64,000 nucleotides of DNA. It comes from the human T2T-CHM13v2.0 reference genome, Homo sapiens. Below are positions 27,001 to 42,970 of the stretch, one piece after another. Within the stretch, counting starts at the first letter, position 1; every line of letters begins with the position of its first letter. Below the pieces are notes generated by a model. That model was not told the origin of the DNA and made no database searches. It worked only from the letters and a program-made list of their open reading frames with translations. The DNA is taken from the NCBI RefSeq assembly GCF_009914755.1, contig NC_060925.1, one strand, 5' to 3'. The position numbers were made by a program, and so were the translations under genes.

Positions 27001-30000
27001 ACCCTCTGAAGGAAGCGGACTGCTCCTGCACGACCCAGGAGACCACCCCCCAAAACTGTGAGTGCCCCAACTGCAGAAGCAGGAAAGGGAGACGCTCCTC
27101 TCTTGAACACACACCCCTGCCGGAGAAGCTGAAGGTCTGTTTGTGGGAGAAGTTTCCGACTTTACCTGGAGCTGAGTCAGTCTGGAGAGCTGAGAGAAAT
27201 ACAGGAGTAGAGGAAGCAGCAGAAAGGCCCTGGGAGCTTGCTGGGTCCCCTAGCAGGCCATTCCTGCCTGGCACCATAGGGATCCAACGGGAGAGGAGCA
27301 GTGGGTAAAACTCCACAGGGGGAAGGAATTCTCTAGCTTAACTCTGCAACAACTTGAATAGGGCGAGAAGCCTCCTGGCCAGAACTCAGGGGAGGGTGCA
27401 AATCCAGCATACAGACTGCACAGGCAAGCGGAAGAACCAAGCCCCTTTTCTTCTGCAGCTGAGAGGCAGATAGCCAGGGGCAGGTTTTCAAGCCCATATG
27501 GCTCTCCAACTGGAAAGGGTCTGGGGACTGTTGCGGGGAGCATGGTGGGAGTGAGACCAGCCCTTTGGGGACTGAGACCAACCAGCCCTTTGGGTTGCGT
27601 GGGAGCTGGGTAAGGCCTGTGACTGCTGGCTTTCTCCAACTTCTGACAACCTATATGACTCTACAGAGGGAGCCATAATCCTCCTAGGTATACAACTCCA
27701 GTGACCTGGGAATCTTACCCCCATCCCCACAGCAGCTGCAGGAAGACCAGCTCAAGGAGAGTCTGAACTCAGACATGCCCAGCCCCGCCCCCACCTGATG
27801 GTCCTTCCCTACACACCCTGGTAACAGAAGACAAAGGGCATATAATCTTGGGAGTTACACGGTCCTGCCCACCACCAGTTCCTCCCCATAATACCACAGC
27901 TGATGCTCTCTGGAAAGCGCCATGTCCTGGCAGGAAGCCAACCAGCACAAAAATAGAGAATTAAACCACCAAAGCCAAGGACCCTCACGGAGTCCACTAC
28001 ACCCCTTTGCCACCTCCAACAGAACAGGTACTGGTATCCATGGCTGAGAGAACCATAGACCCACATCACAGGACTCTGTGTAGACAACTCCCAGTACCAA
28101 CCTGGAGCCGGGTAGACTCGCTGGGTGGCTAGACCCAGAAGAGAGACAACAATCACTGCAGTTTGGGTAATAGGAAGCCACATCCATAGGAAAAGGGGGA
28201 GAGTACTACATCAAGGGAACACATGTGGGACAAAAGAATCTGAACAATGGCCTTCAACCCTAGACCTTCCCTTTGACAGAGACTACCCAAATGAGAAGGA
28301 ATCAGAAAACCAACTCTGGTAATATGATAAAAAAAGGCTCTTCAACAGCCCTGCCCCGCCGCCTCCAAAATCACACTAGTTCATCAGCAATTGATCCAAA
28401 CGAAGAAGAAACACCTGATTTACCTGAGAAAGAATTCAGAAGGTTAGTTATTAAGCTACTCAGGGAGGGACCAGAGAAAGGTGAAGCCCAGTGCAAGGAA
28501 ATCCAAAATATGACACAAAAAGTGAAGGGAGAAATATTCAAGGAAATACACAGCTTAAAGAAAAAACAATAAAAAATTCAAGAAACTTTGGACACACTTT
28601 CAGAAATGTGAAATGCTCTGGAAAGTCTCAGCAACAGAACTGAACAAGCAGAAGAAAGAAATTCAGAGCTCAAAGACAAAGTCTTCGAATTAACCCAATC
28701 CAACAAAGACAAAGAAAAAAGAATAAAATATGAACAAAGCCTGCAAGAAGTCTGGGATTATGTTAAATGACCAAATCTTAGAATAATCGGTGTTCCTGAG
28801 GAAAAAGATAATTCTAAAAGCTTGGAAAACATATTTGGAGGAATAATCAAGGAAAACTTCCCTGGTTTTGCTAGAGTTAAGACCTAGACATCCAAATACA
28901 AGGAGCACAAAGAACACCTGGGAAATTCATCACGAAAAGATCTTTGCCTAGACACACTGTCATCAGGTTATCCAAAGCTAAGATGAAGGAAAGAATCTTA
29001 AGAGCTGTGAGACAGAAGCATCAGGTAACTTATAAAGGAAAACCTATTAGATTAACAGCAGATTTCTCAGCAGAAACCCTACAAGCTAGAAGGGATTGGG
29101 GCCCTATCTTTAGCCTCCTCTAACAAAACAATTATCAGCCAAGAATTTTGTATCCAGAGAAACCAAGCACCACATATGAAGGAAAGATACAGTTGTTTTC
29201 AGACAAACAAATGATAAGAGAATTCTCCACTAGCAAACCACCACTGTAAGAACTGCTAAAAGGAGCTCTAAATCTTGAAACAAATTCTAGAAAGACATCA
29301 AAACAGAACCTCTTTAAGGCATAAATCACACAGGACCTATAAAACAAAAATACAAGTTAAAAAGCAAAAACAAACAAACAAAAAAACGAAGTACACAGGC
29401 AACAAAGAGCATGATGAATGCAACTAGTACCTCACAAATCAATACTAACATTGAACGTAAATGGTCTAAATGCTGCACTTAAAAGATGCAGAACCCACAG
29501 AATGGATAAAAACTCACCAACTAACTATCTGCTGCCTTCAGGAGACTCACCTAGCACATAAAGACTCATATAAAGTTAAATTAAAGGGGTGGAAAAAGCC
29601 ATTTCATGCAAATGGGGTAGCAGCGAGCAGGGGTAGGTAGCTATTCTTATATCAGACAAAACAAACTTTAAAGCAACAGCAGTTAAAACAGACAAAGAGG
29701 GACATTATATAATGGTAAAAGGCCTCGTCCAAAAGGAAAATATCACAATTCTAAACATATATGTACCTAACACTGAAGCTTGCAAATTTATAAAACAATT
29801 ACTAATTGACCTAAGAAATGAGACAGACAACAACACAATAATGGTAGGGGACTTGAATATTCCATTGACAGCACTAGACAGGTCATTAAGACAGAAAGTC
29901 AACAAAGAAACAATGGATTTAAACTATACCTTGGAACAAACGGAATTAATAGATATACAACAGCCGCAGAATACAGATTCTATTCAACAGTGCATGGAAC

Positions 30001-30210
30001 TTTCTCCAAGACAGACCATATGATAGGCCATAAAACGAGCCTCAATAAATTTAAGACAACTGAAATTATATCAAGCACTCTCTCAGATCACAGTGGAATA
30101 AAACTGGAAATCAACTCCAAAAGGAACCTTCAAAACCATCCAAATACATGGAAATTAAATAACCTGGTCCTGAATGAGCATTGAGTCAAAAACAAAATCA
30201 AGATGGAAAT

Positions 30211-30678
30211 CTAAAAATTCTTTGAGGAGGCAGTTCCAAGATGGCCAAATAGGAACAGCTCCAGTATACAGCTCCCAGCATGAGCGATGCAGAAGACGGA
30301 TGATTTCTGCATTTCCAACTGAGGTACCGGGTTCATCTCATTGGGGATTGTCAGACAGTGGGTGCAGGACAGTAGGTGCAGTGCACCTAGCATGAGCCGA
30401 AGCAGGGCAAGGCATTGCCTCACCCAGGAAGTGCAAGGGGTCAGGGATTTCCCTTTCCTAGCCAAGGAAAGGGGTGACAGATGGCACCTGGAAAATCGGG
30501 TCCCTCCCACCCTAATACTGTGCTTTTCCGATGGTCTTAGCAAACAGCACACCAGGAGATTATATCCCATGCATGGCTCAGAGGGCCCTATGCCCACAGA
30601 GCCTTGCTGATTGCTAGCACAGCAGTCTGAGATCAAACTGCAAGGTGGCAGCAAGGCTGGGGGAGGGGCGCCTGCCAT
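30211..30678 (-). CDS. L1 ORF0 (antisense 5' UTR ORF), open and extended to 155 aa; expression unproven
   Basis: MAGAPPPALLPPCSLISDCCASNQ...RFSRC matches primate L1 ORF0; ATG in gcaATGg context; stop lies in the flanking host L1. Confidence 0.6.
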   Translation of the reverse strand: MAGAPPPALLPPCSLISDCCASNQQGSVGIGPSEPCMGYNLLVCCLLRPSEKHSIRVGGTRFSRCHLSPLSLARKGKSLTPCTSWVRQCLALLRLMLGALHLLSCTHCLTIPNEMNPVPQLEMQKSSVFCIAHAGSCILELFLFGHLGTASSKNF

Positions 30679-31253
30679 TGCTGAGGCTTGAGCAGGTAAA
30701 CAAAGCAGCTGGAAAGCTCGAACTGGGTGAAGCCCACCGTAGCTCAAGGAGGCCTGCCTGCCTCTGTAGATTCCACCTCTGGGAGCAGGGCATAGCCAAA
30801 CAAAAGGCAGCAGAAACCTCTGCAGACTTAAATGTCCCTGTCTGACAGATTGGAAGACAGTAGTGGTTCTCCCAGCATGCAGCTTGAGATCTGAGAATGG
30901 ACAGACTGCCTCCTCAAGTGGGTCCCTAACCCCCTGAGTAGCCTAACTGGGAGGCACCCCCAGTAGGGGCAAACTGACACCTCACATGGCCAGGTACCAC
31001 TCTGAGACAAAACTTCCAGAGGAATGATCAGGCAGCAACATTTGCTGTTCACCAATATCTGCTGTTCTGCAGCCTCCGCTGCTGATACCCAGGCAAACAG
31101 GGTCTGGAGTGGGCCTCTGGCAAACTCCAACAGACCTGCAACTGAGGGTCCCGACTGTTAGAAGGAAAACTAACAAACAGAAAGGACATCCACACCAAAA
31201 CCCCATCTGTACATCACCATCATCAAAGACAAAAGGTAGATAAAACCACAAAG

Positions 31254-32286
31254 ATGGGGAAAAAACAGAGCAGAAAAACTGAAAATTCTAAAAATCAGAG
31301 CGCCTCTTCTCGAAAGGAATGCAGCTCCTCACCAGCAATGGAACAAAGCTAGACAGAGAATAACTTTGAGGAGTTGAGAGAAGAAGGCTTCAGACAATCA
31401 AACTTCTCCGAGCTAAAGGAGGAAGTTTGAACCCATGGTGAGGAAGTTCAAACCCATGGCAAAGAAGTTAAAAACCTTGAAAAAAAATTAGATGAATGGC
31501 TAACTAGAATAACCAATGCAGAGAAGTCCTTAAAGGACCTGATGGAGCTGAAAACCATACCACAAGAACTATGTGACGAATGCGCAAGCTTCAGTAGCCG
31601 ATTCGATCAACTGGAAGAAAGGGTATCAGTGATTGAAGATCAAACGAATGAAATGAAGTGAGAAGGAAGTTTAGAGAAAAAAGAATAAAAAGAAACGAAC
31701 AAAGCCTCCAAGAAATATGGGACTATGTGAAAAGACCAAATCTACGTCTGATTGGTGTACCTGAAAGTGACGGGGAGAATGGAACCAAGTTGGAAAACAC
31801 TCTGCAGGATATTATCCAGGAGAACTTCCCCAATCTAGTAAGGCAGGCCAACATTCAAATTCAGGAAATACAGAGAACACCACAAAGATACTCCTCGAGA
31901 AGAGCAACTCCAAGACACATAATTGTCAGATTCACCAAAGTTGAAATGAAGGAAAAAATGTTAAGGGCAGCCAGAGAGAAAGGTCAGGTTACCCACAGAG
32001 GGAAGCCCATCAGACTAACAGCTGAACTCTCGGCAGAAACTCTACAAGCCAGAAGAGAGTGGGGGCCAATATTCAACATTCTTAAGGAAAATAATTTTCA
32101 ACCCAGAATTTCATATCCAGCCAAACTAAGCTTCATAACCAAAGGAGAAATAAAATACTTTACAGACAAGCAAATGCTGAGAGATTTTGTCACCACCAGG
32201 CCTGCCCTAAAAGAGCTCCTGAAGGAAGCACTAAACATGAAAGGAACAACCGGTACCAGCCACTGCAAAAACATGCCAAATTGTAA
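31254..32286 (+). pseudogene. L1PA4 ORF1 (disrupted)
   Basis: ATGGGGAAAAAACAG start; ORF1p peptide EQSLQEIWDYVKRPNLRLIGVPE visible; contains stops and frameshifts. Confidence 0.9.
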
Positions 32287-32349
32287 AGACCGTTGAGGCT
32301 AGGAAGAAACTGCATCAACTAACGAGCAAAATAACCAGCTAACATCATC

Positions 32350-36170
<3,821 letters not shown>

Positions 36171-36378
36171 ACAGTGAGAACACATGGACACAGGAAGGGG
36201 AACATCGCACACCGGGGCCTGTTGTGGGGTGGGGGGAGGGGGGAGGGATAGCATTAGGAGATATACCTAATGTAAATGATGAGTTAATGGGTGCAGCACG
36301 CCAACATGGCACATGTATACATATGTAACAAACCTGCACATTGTGCACATGTACCCTAAAACTTAAATAAAAAAAAAA

Positions 36379-36952
36379 GAAAATGTAGTACACATACACC
36401 ATGGAATACTATACAGTATAAAAAAGAGTGAAATCATGTGCACATGTACCCTAAAACTTAAATTTAAAAAAAAAGAAAATATAGTACACATACACCATGG
36501 AATACTATACAATATACAAAAGAATGAAATCATGTCCATTGCAGCAACACAGATGCAGCTGGAGGTCATTGTCATATAGTGAGCATTTAAGTGAATTTAA
36601 GAGCATTTAAGGGCATTTAAGTGAATTAACACAGGAACAGAAAACCAAATACTGCATGTTCTCACTGCTAAGTAGGAGCTAAACATTGGGTACTCATGGA
36701 CAAAAAGATGGCAACATCAGACTGTGGGGACTACTTGGAGGGGGAGAGAGGGAGGGAAGGAAGCAAGAGTTGAAAAACTAACAATTGGGTATTATGCTCA
36801 TTACCTGGGTGATGGGATCACTTATACCCGAAACCTCAGCATTACACAATATACCATGTAAGAAACTTGCACATGTACCCCCTGAATCTAAAATAAAAGT
36901 TGAAGTTATATCAAAAAACTTTCATCAATAAAAACATATACAAAAGTAAAAA
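36379..36952 (+). mobile_element. 3'-transduced segment: 3' end of an older L1 (L1PA15-17/L1PB4-like) plus short flank and second poly(A)
   Basis: gcaagagttgaaaaactaacaattgggtattatgctcattacctgggtga old-type 3' UTR; AATAAA at 36927-36932; A tail from 36948 running into the TSD. Confidence 0.85.
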
Positions 36953-39816
36953 AAAAAATCTTTGAACTGAAGAACAATAATGACACAACCTACCGAAATC
37001 TCTGGGATACAACAAAGACGGTGCTAAGAGGAAAGTTCCTAGACCTAAATGCCTACATCAAAAAGACTGAAAGAGCACAAACTGACCCTCTAAGGTCACA
37101 CCTCAAGGAACTACAGAAACAAGAATAAACCAAACCAAAACCCAGTAGAAGAAAGAAAATAACCAAGATCAGAGCAGAACGAAATAAAATTGAAACAAAC
37201 AAAAAATACAATAGATAAATGAAACGAAAAGCTGGTTCTTTGAAAAGATAAATAAAATTGATAGACCATTGGCAAGATTAACCAAGAAAAGAAGAGAGAA
37301 AATCCAAATAACCTCACTAAGAAACAAAACAGGAGATATTACAACTGACACCACTGAAATACAAAAGATTATTCAGGGCTCTTATGAATACCTTTGTGCA
37401 CATAAACTAGAAAATCTGGAAGAGATAGAAAAATTCCTGGAAAAACACAACCCTCCTAGCTTAAATCAGGAAGAATTAGATACCCTGAACAGACCAATAA
37501 CAAGCAGATTGAAATGGTAATTTAAAAATTACCAACAAAAAAAGTCCAGGACCAGACAGATTAATATAAGAATTCTATCAGACATTCAAAGAAGCATTGG
37601 TACCAGTCCTTTTGATACTATTCCACAAGATGGAGAAGGAACCTTCCCTAATTCATTCTATGAAGCCAGTATCACCCTAATACCAAAACCAGAAAAGGAT
37701 GTAACCAAAAAAGAAAACTACAGACTGAATATCCTCGGTGAACATAGACGCTAAAATCCTCAACAAAATACTTGCTTACTGAATCCAACAACATATCAAA
37801 GAGATAATCCGTGATGATCAAGTGGGTTTCATACCACGGATGCAGGGATGGTTTAACATACACAAGACAATAAATGTGATACACCACATAAACAGAATTA
37901 AAAACGAAAATCACATGATCATTTCAACAGCTGCAGAAAAAGCATTTGACAAAATCCAGCATCACTTTATGATTAAAACTCTCAGCAAAATAGGCATACA
38001 AGGGACATACCTTAATGTAATAAAAACCATCTACGACAAACCCACAGCCAACATAATACTGAATAGGGAAAGGTCGAAAGCATTCCCTCTGAGAACTGGA
38101 ACAAGACAAGGATGCCCACCCTCACCACTTCTCTTCAACATAGTACTGGAAGTCCTAGTCAGAGCAATCAGACAAGAGAAAGAAATAAAGGGCATCGAAA
38201 TCGGTAAAGAGGAAGTCAAACTGTCACTGTTTGCTGACAATATGATTGTTTACCTTGAAAACCCTAAGGACTCCTCCAGAAAGCTCCTAGAACTGATAAA
38301 AGAATTCAGCAAAGTTTCCAGGTACAAGATTAATGTACACCAATCAGTAGCTCTTCTATACACCAACAGTGACCAAGCAAAGAATCAAATCAAGAACTCA
38401 ACCCCTTTTACAATAGCTACAAAAATAAGTAAATAAAAAATAAATATAATACTTAGGAATATACCTAATCAAGGAGTCAAAAGACCTCTACAAGGAAAAC
38501 TACAAAACACTGCTGAAAGAGATCATAGATGACATGAACAAATGGAAACACATCCCACGCTTATGGATGGGTCGAATCAATATTGTGAAAATGACCATAC
38601 TGCCAAAAGCAATCTACAAATTCAATGCAATTCCCATCAAAATACCACTATCATTCTTCACAGAACTAGAAAAAACAATCCTAAAATTCATACGGAAACA
38701 AAAAAGAGCATGCATAGCCAAAGCAAGACTAAGCAAAAAGAACAAATCTGGAGGCATCACACTACCTGATTTCAAACTGTACTATAAGGCCATATTCACC
38801 AAAACAGCATGGTACTGGTACAAAAATAGGCACATAGACCAATGGAACAAAATAGAGAACCCAGAAATAAATCCAAATACTTACAGCCAACTGATCTTTG
38901 ACAAAGCAAATAAAAACATCCAGTGGGGGAAAGGACACCCTTGTCAACAAATGGTGCTGAGATAATTGACTAGCCACATGCAGAATGAAACTGGATCCTT
39001 ATTTCTCACCTTACACAAAAATCAACTCAAGATGAATTAAGGACCTAAACCTAAGACCCAAAACTATAAAAATTCTAGAAGATAACACTGGAAAAACCCT
39101 TCTAGACATTGGCTTAGGCAAGGATTTCATGACCAAGAACCCAAAAGCAAATGTGACAAAAACAAAGATAAATAGTTGAGACCTAATTAAACTAAAGAGC
39201 TTTTGCACAGCAAAAAGAACAGTCAGCAGAGTAAACAGACAACCCACAGAGTGGAGAAAATCTTTACCACCTATACATCTGACAAAGGACTAATATCCAG
39301 AATCTATAATGAACTCAAACAAATCAGTAAGAAAAAAACAAACAATCCAATCAAAAAGTGGGCTAAGGACATGAATAGAAAATTCTCAAAAGAGGATATA
39401 CAAATGGCCAACAAACATATCAAAAAATGCTCAACATCACTAATGATCAGGGAAATGCAAATCAAAACCACAATGTGGTATCACCTCACTCCTGCAAGAA
39501 TGGCCATAAATGAAAAATCAAAAAACAGTAGATGGTGGTGTGGATGCGGTGAACAGAGAACACTTCTACACTGCTGTTGGGAATGTAAACTAGTACAGCC
39601 TGCTATGGAAAACAGTGTGGAGATTCCTTAAAGAACTAAAAGTAGAACTACCATTTGATCCACCAGTCACACTATTGAGTATCTACCCAGAGGAAAAGAG
39701 TCATTATTTGAAAAATATACTTGGACACGCATGTTTATAGCAGCACAATTCACAATTGCAAAATTGTGGAACCAACCCAAATGCCCATCAATCAACGAGT
39801 GGATAAAGAAACTGTG

Positions 39817-39827
39817 ATATATATGTA

Positions 39828-39888
<61 letters not shown>

Positions 39889-39921
39889 ATATATATATGT
39901 ATATATATATATGTATATATG

Positions 39922-39957
<36 letters not shown>
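39817..39957. repeat. (TA)n/(TATG) microsatellite inside the host L1 ORF2 3' end
   Basis: Read directly; lies between aagaaactgtg and aatggaatactatg. Confidence 0.97.
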
Positions 39958-39959
<2 letters not shown>

Positions 39960-42779
39960 GGAATACTATGCAGACATAAAAGGGAATGAATTAACAGCAT
40001 TTGCAGTGACCTGGATGAGACTGGAGACTGTTATTGTAAGTAAAGTAACTCAGGAATGGAAAACCAAACATCGTATGTTCTCACTGATATGTGGGAGCTA
40101 AGGTATGAGGACACAAAGGCATAAGAATGATGCAATGGACTTTGGGGACTTGGGGGGAAGTAGAGGAGAGAGGGATAGAAGACTATAAATATGGTGCAGT
40201 GAATACTGCTCGGGTGATGGGTGCACCAAAATCTCACAAATCACCACTTAAGAACTTACTCATGTAACCCAATACCACCTGTACCCCAATAACTTAAGAA
40301 AAAAATATTAAAAAAAAGAAAGAGAATGGGGATTTATCACTGGCCCTGATCCTGCTATTCCCTGGGTATCATGAAATCCCAACCTCAGATCCTCCCTCTG
40401 CAGAGCTGGGCATCTTTGAGGAGTCAGGCAGTAAGAGACAGCAAGTGAGCTTTCACTTCTGCTGTTTTGGACATTACTCATTATTATTATTATTGTTCTT
40501 TTTCCCTGTGGCTGAGGCCAACACAAGTGGTAAGCAATCAATGTCTTTTTCTCCCATGTGGTAGTACCCAAAGCCAGCTGAGAGTTAACTTCACCACTGC
40601 TTTCTTGCTTGCCTGTCACAGAAACAGTGACTATATCACCTGTGCACACTGGCTAGTGGCTTGGTGGGCAACAGTGACTTAAGATGGTATCCAGCTTTGA
40701 ATGGAGCCACACAGGGAGACCTGAGGAGTCTCTGCTTTTAGAGAGTAGAGCCTATGCGCCCAACTATTAGAGACTCAGCTTGTGATACCTTCCCAGAGCA
40801 TCTGGCAGAGCTCTGTGCAACTGAGCATATTTAGACTTGTGAGGAGTGAGGCAGAAGGTATAATGAGATAAAAAGGTATTAGGACAGGCTGTGAATTAAG
40901 AAGTTACAAGTGTGAGCATATATTGGCACTATATAATCAAGCTTTGGAAAGTCTGTGCCCCTATAAATGTATATAGAAATGACAGAAACCTGAAATGTCC
41001 CTGCTGGGCAAATATGAAGGAGGATACAGGAGTTGGGGTGAATAAAATGACCAATATGAACTACCATCTTGGATAACCCAGCTTGGAGCATGGAAAGTGT
41101 AAGGTCTCTGTGTGAAGATAAGCTGACGGGGCCACTGTAGATAGGTGTCTCCTGACCATCCCACAAACACTAGCATAGACTTGGCCCTTCTCTTTCATAT
41201 CTCCTCTGGGTCAAGCAACCATGATGTCCAGGTGGCTAGGATCCATCCGGATTAGTGCTGCCTTCTGCATCAAGGACACTCCAAATGTACGAAGTTGTCA
41301 GAAATAGGAACTCTCTCCAGGACTGATAGGCAGGGATAGGAAGGGTAAGGTTATATTGAATTTCATATTTGCTCTCTGCACTCCCACCAATGGGCCTCTG
41401 CTTTCAGAGCTGGGTTATCAAGTTGAGAGGCCTAATACACAAGTGTAGAGAACAAGTTAGAAATCTCAGATAAGTACAGGGCTACCTGTTACAGAGGCTG
41501 GAGCAGCTGTCTACAGCAGTAACACATTGACTGTGATTCGCAGACAGTGTCCTTGCTGTGCTTATAGTCTATTTTGGAAATATAAAAAGTCTCTTGCTTT
41601 AGTTACAAGTTAACTGGGAATATCACTTCCTTTTGGTCACCTGAAGTGGGGGAAAAGTCAAACTCCCAAGGTCAAAGTCTACGTCTTTATAACAGAAAAC
41701 TGTCAAGTGGTAAGTGGACTGGGATGCCCTCTGCATGGGGGTTTTTCAGGGGATCCAACGAATGCAGGTCATCAAAGTTCACAGCATAGTTCTTGGCACA
41801 TAATAAGCACTCAGCAAATATGCATTATTATCTAATTTCCTCTAACATTTAAGAAACAACTAGCCATAGAGCAGCGTCCCTGGCTTCCCAGAGGCTATAC
41901 TTCATTGCCTGTTCCATTCTTATTGCTCTCTGGCTAAATTTCCATCCAGGTCATAGAGATTTTGCCTAAGAGAATATAAGTTGAGTTCAGTTAAGTTGTG
42001 TGATCCAGGCTCTCGAAGTCACGTTTTCTTTATTTTAACATCAGAAGACATGACTCAGTGCTGTGTCCTTCCCTGGCTATAATTCTGCAGTTTCATCTCC
42101 AGAAGCAGCCTAGCCTCTCTGGCATCACTGCCCCTGCCTAAATTCTTGGGGTATATCTGTCCACTGCTCTGCAATTCTCTTCTGGCTTGGTCATTCCCAT
42201 CTTCAAAACAGATTTACCAGGGATTAGCCTTCTTACTTATTTACCACATTTCTATTATAATTGTGCTCACAACCCTGGTCCTTGGATTGACAGACACAAA
42301 ACAGATTAAGGATGAAGAAAATAAAGGTGTGAGCCCAAAGCAAAGCAGAATTCTATGAAGCCCAGCCGTTTTCATTTCTTGTGATCTTCACCTCAATTCA
42401 CCCTGTTTATTAAAAAGTACTAATCAGGTTTTTTAGGTCAACAGTCTGAATTAGTCTAGGAGTGAAGTCTCTGGAGTTTGAAAGGGCACCTTCCCAAAGA
42501 ATCTGCCTCCAAATGCTGCAAGACCAAGTGCTCTCATGGGTCGGCCTCAGGGAAGGCCTTGAAAAAAAGATACTAATTCTTGGATTCTAATGATGACAAA
42601 AGGAGTACACACTAACGTCCCACTCCAGCTGCTCCTTTCTGAGGAGCCTTATTATTCAAGGAGTGGCTAGAATATGCTGGTGCTCCATCACTCCATGAGG
42701 CAGGCATTATCCACACCCCTGCTCTCAAACCAATAACAGATGGAGATATGGCAGCAAGGCTATGGTCCACCTAGGATTC

Positions 42780-42970
42780 TGTGAGCACTTCCTACATGCC
42801 AGGCCCTGTGTAAATACTACACAGTCAACTTGTCTTCCCAACAATCCTATGAGGTACATACTAGCATTACTCCCATTTTACAGATGTGGAAACCCAGGTG
42901 CAGAGAGGTTATGTAATTTGCCATAGTCATATCACTAATAATTGCCAGAGTTGAGAAATACACTCATGTC
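42780..42970 (-). repeat. MIR
   Basis: acaatcctatgaggta...cccattttacagatgtggaaacccagg...agaggttatgtaatttgcc. Confidence 0.7.
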
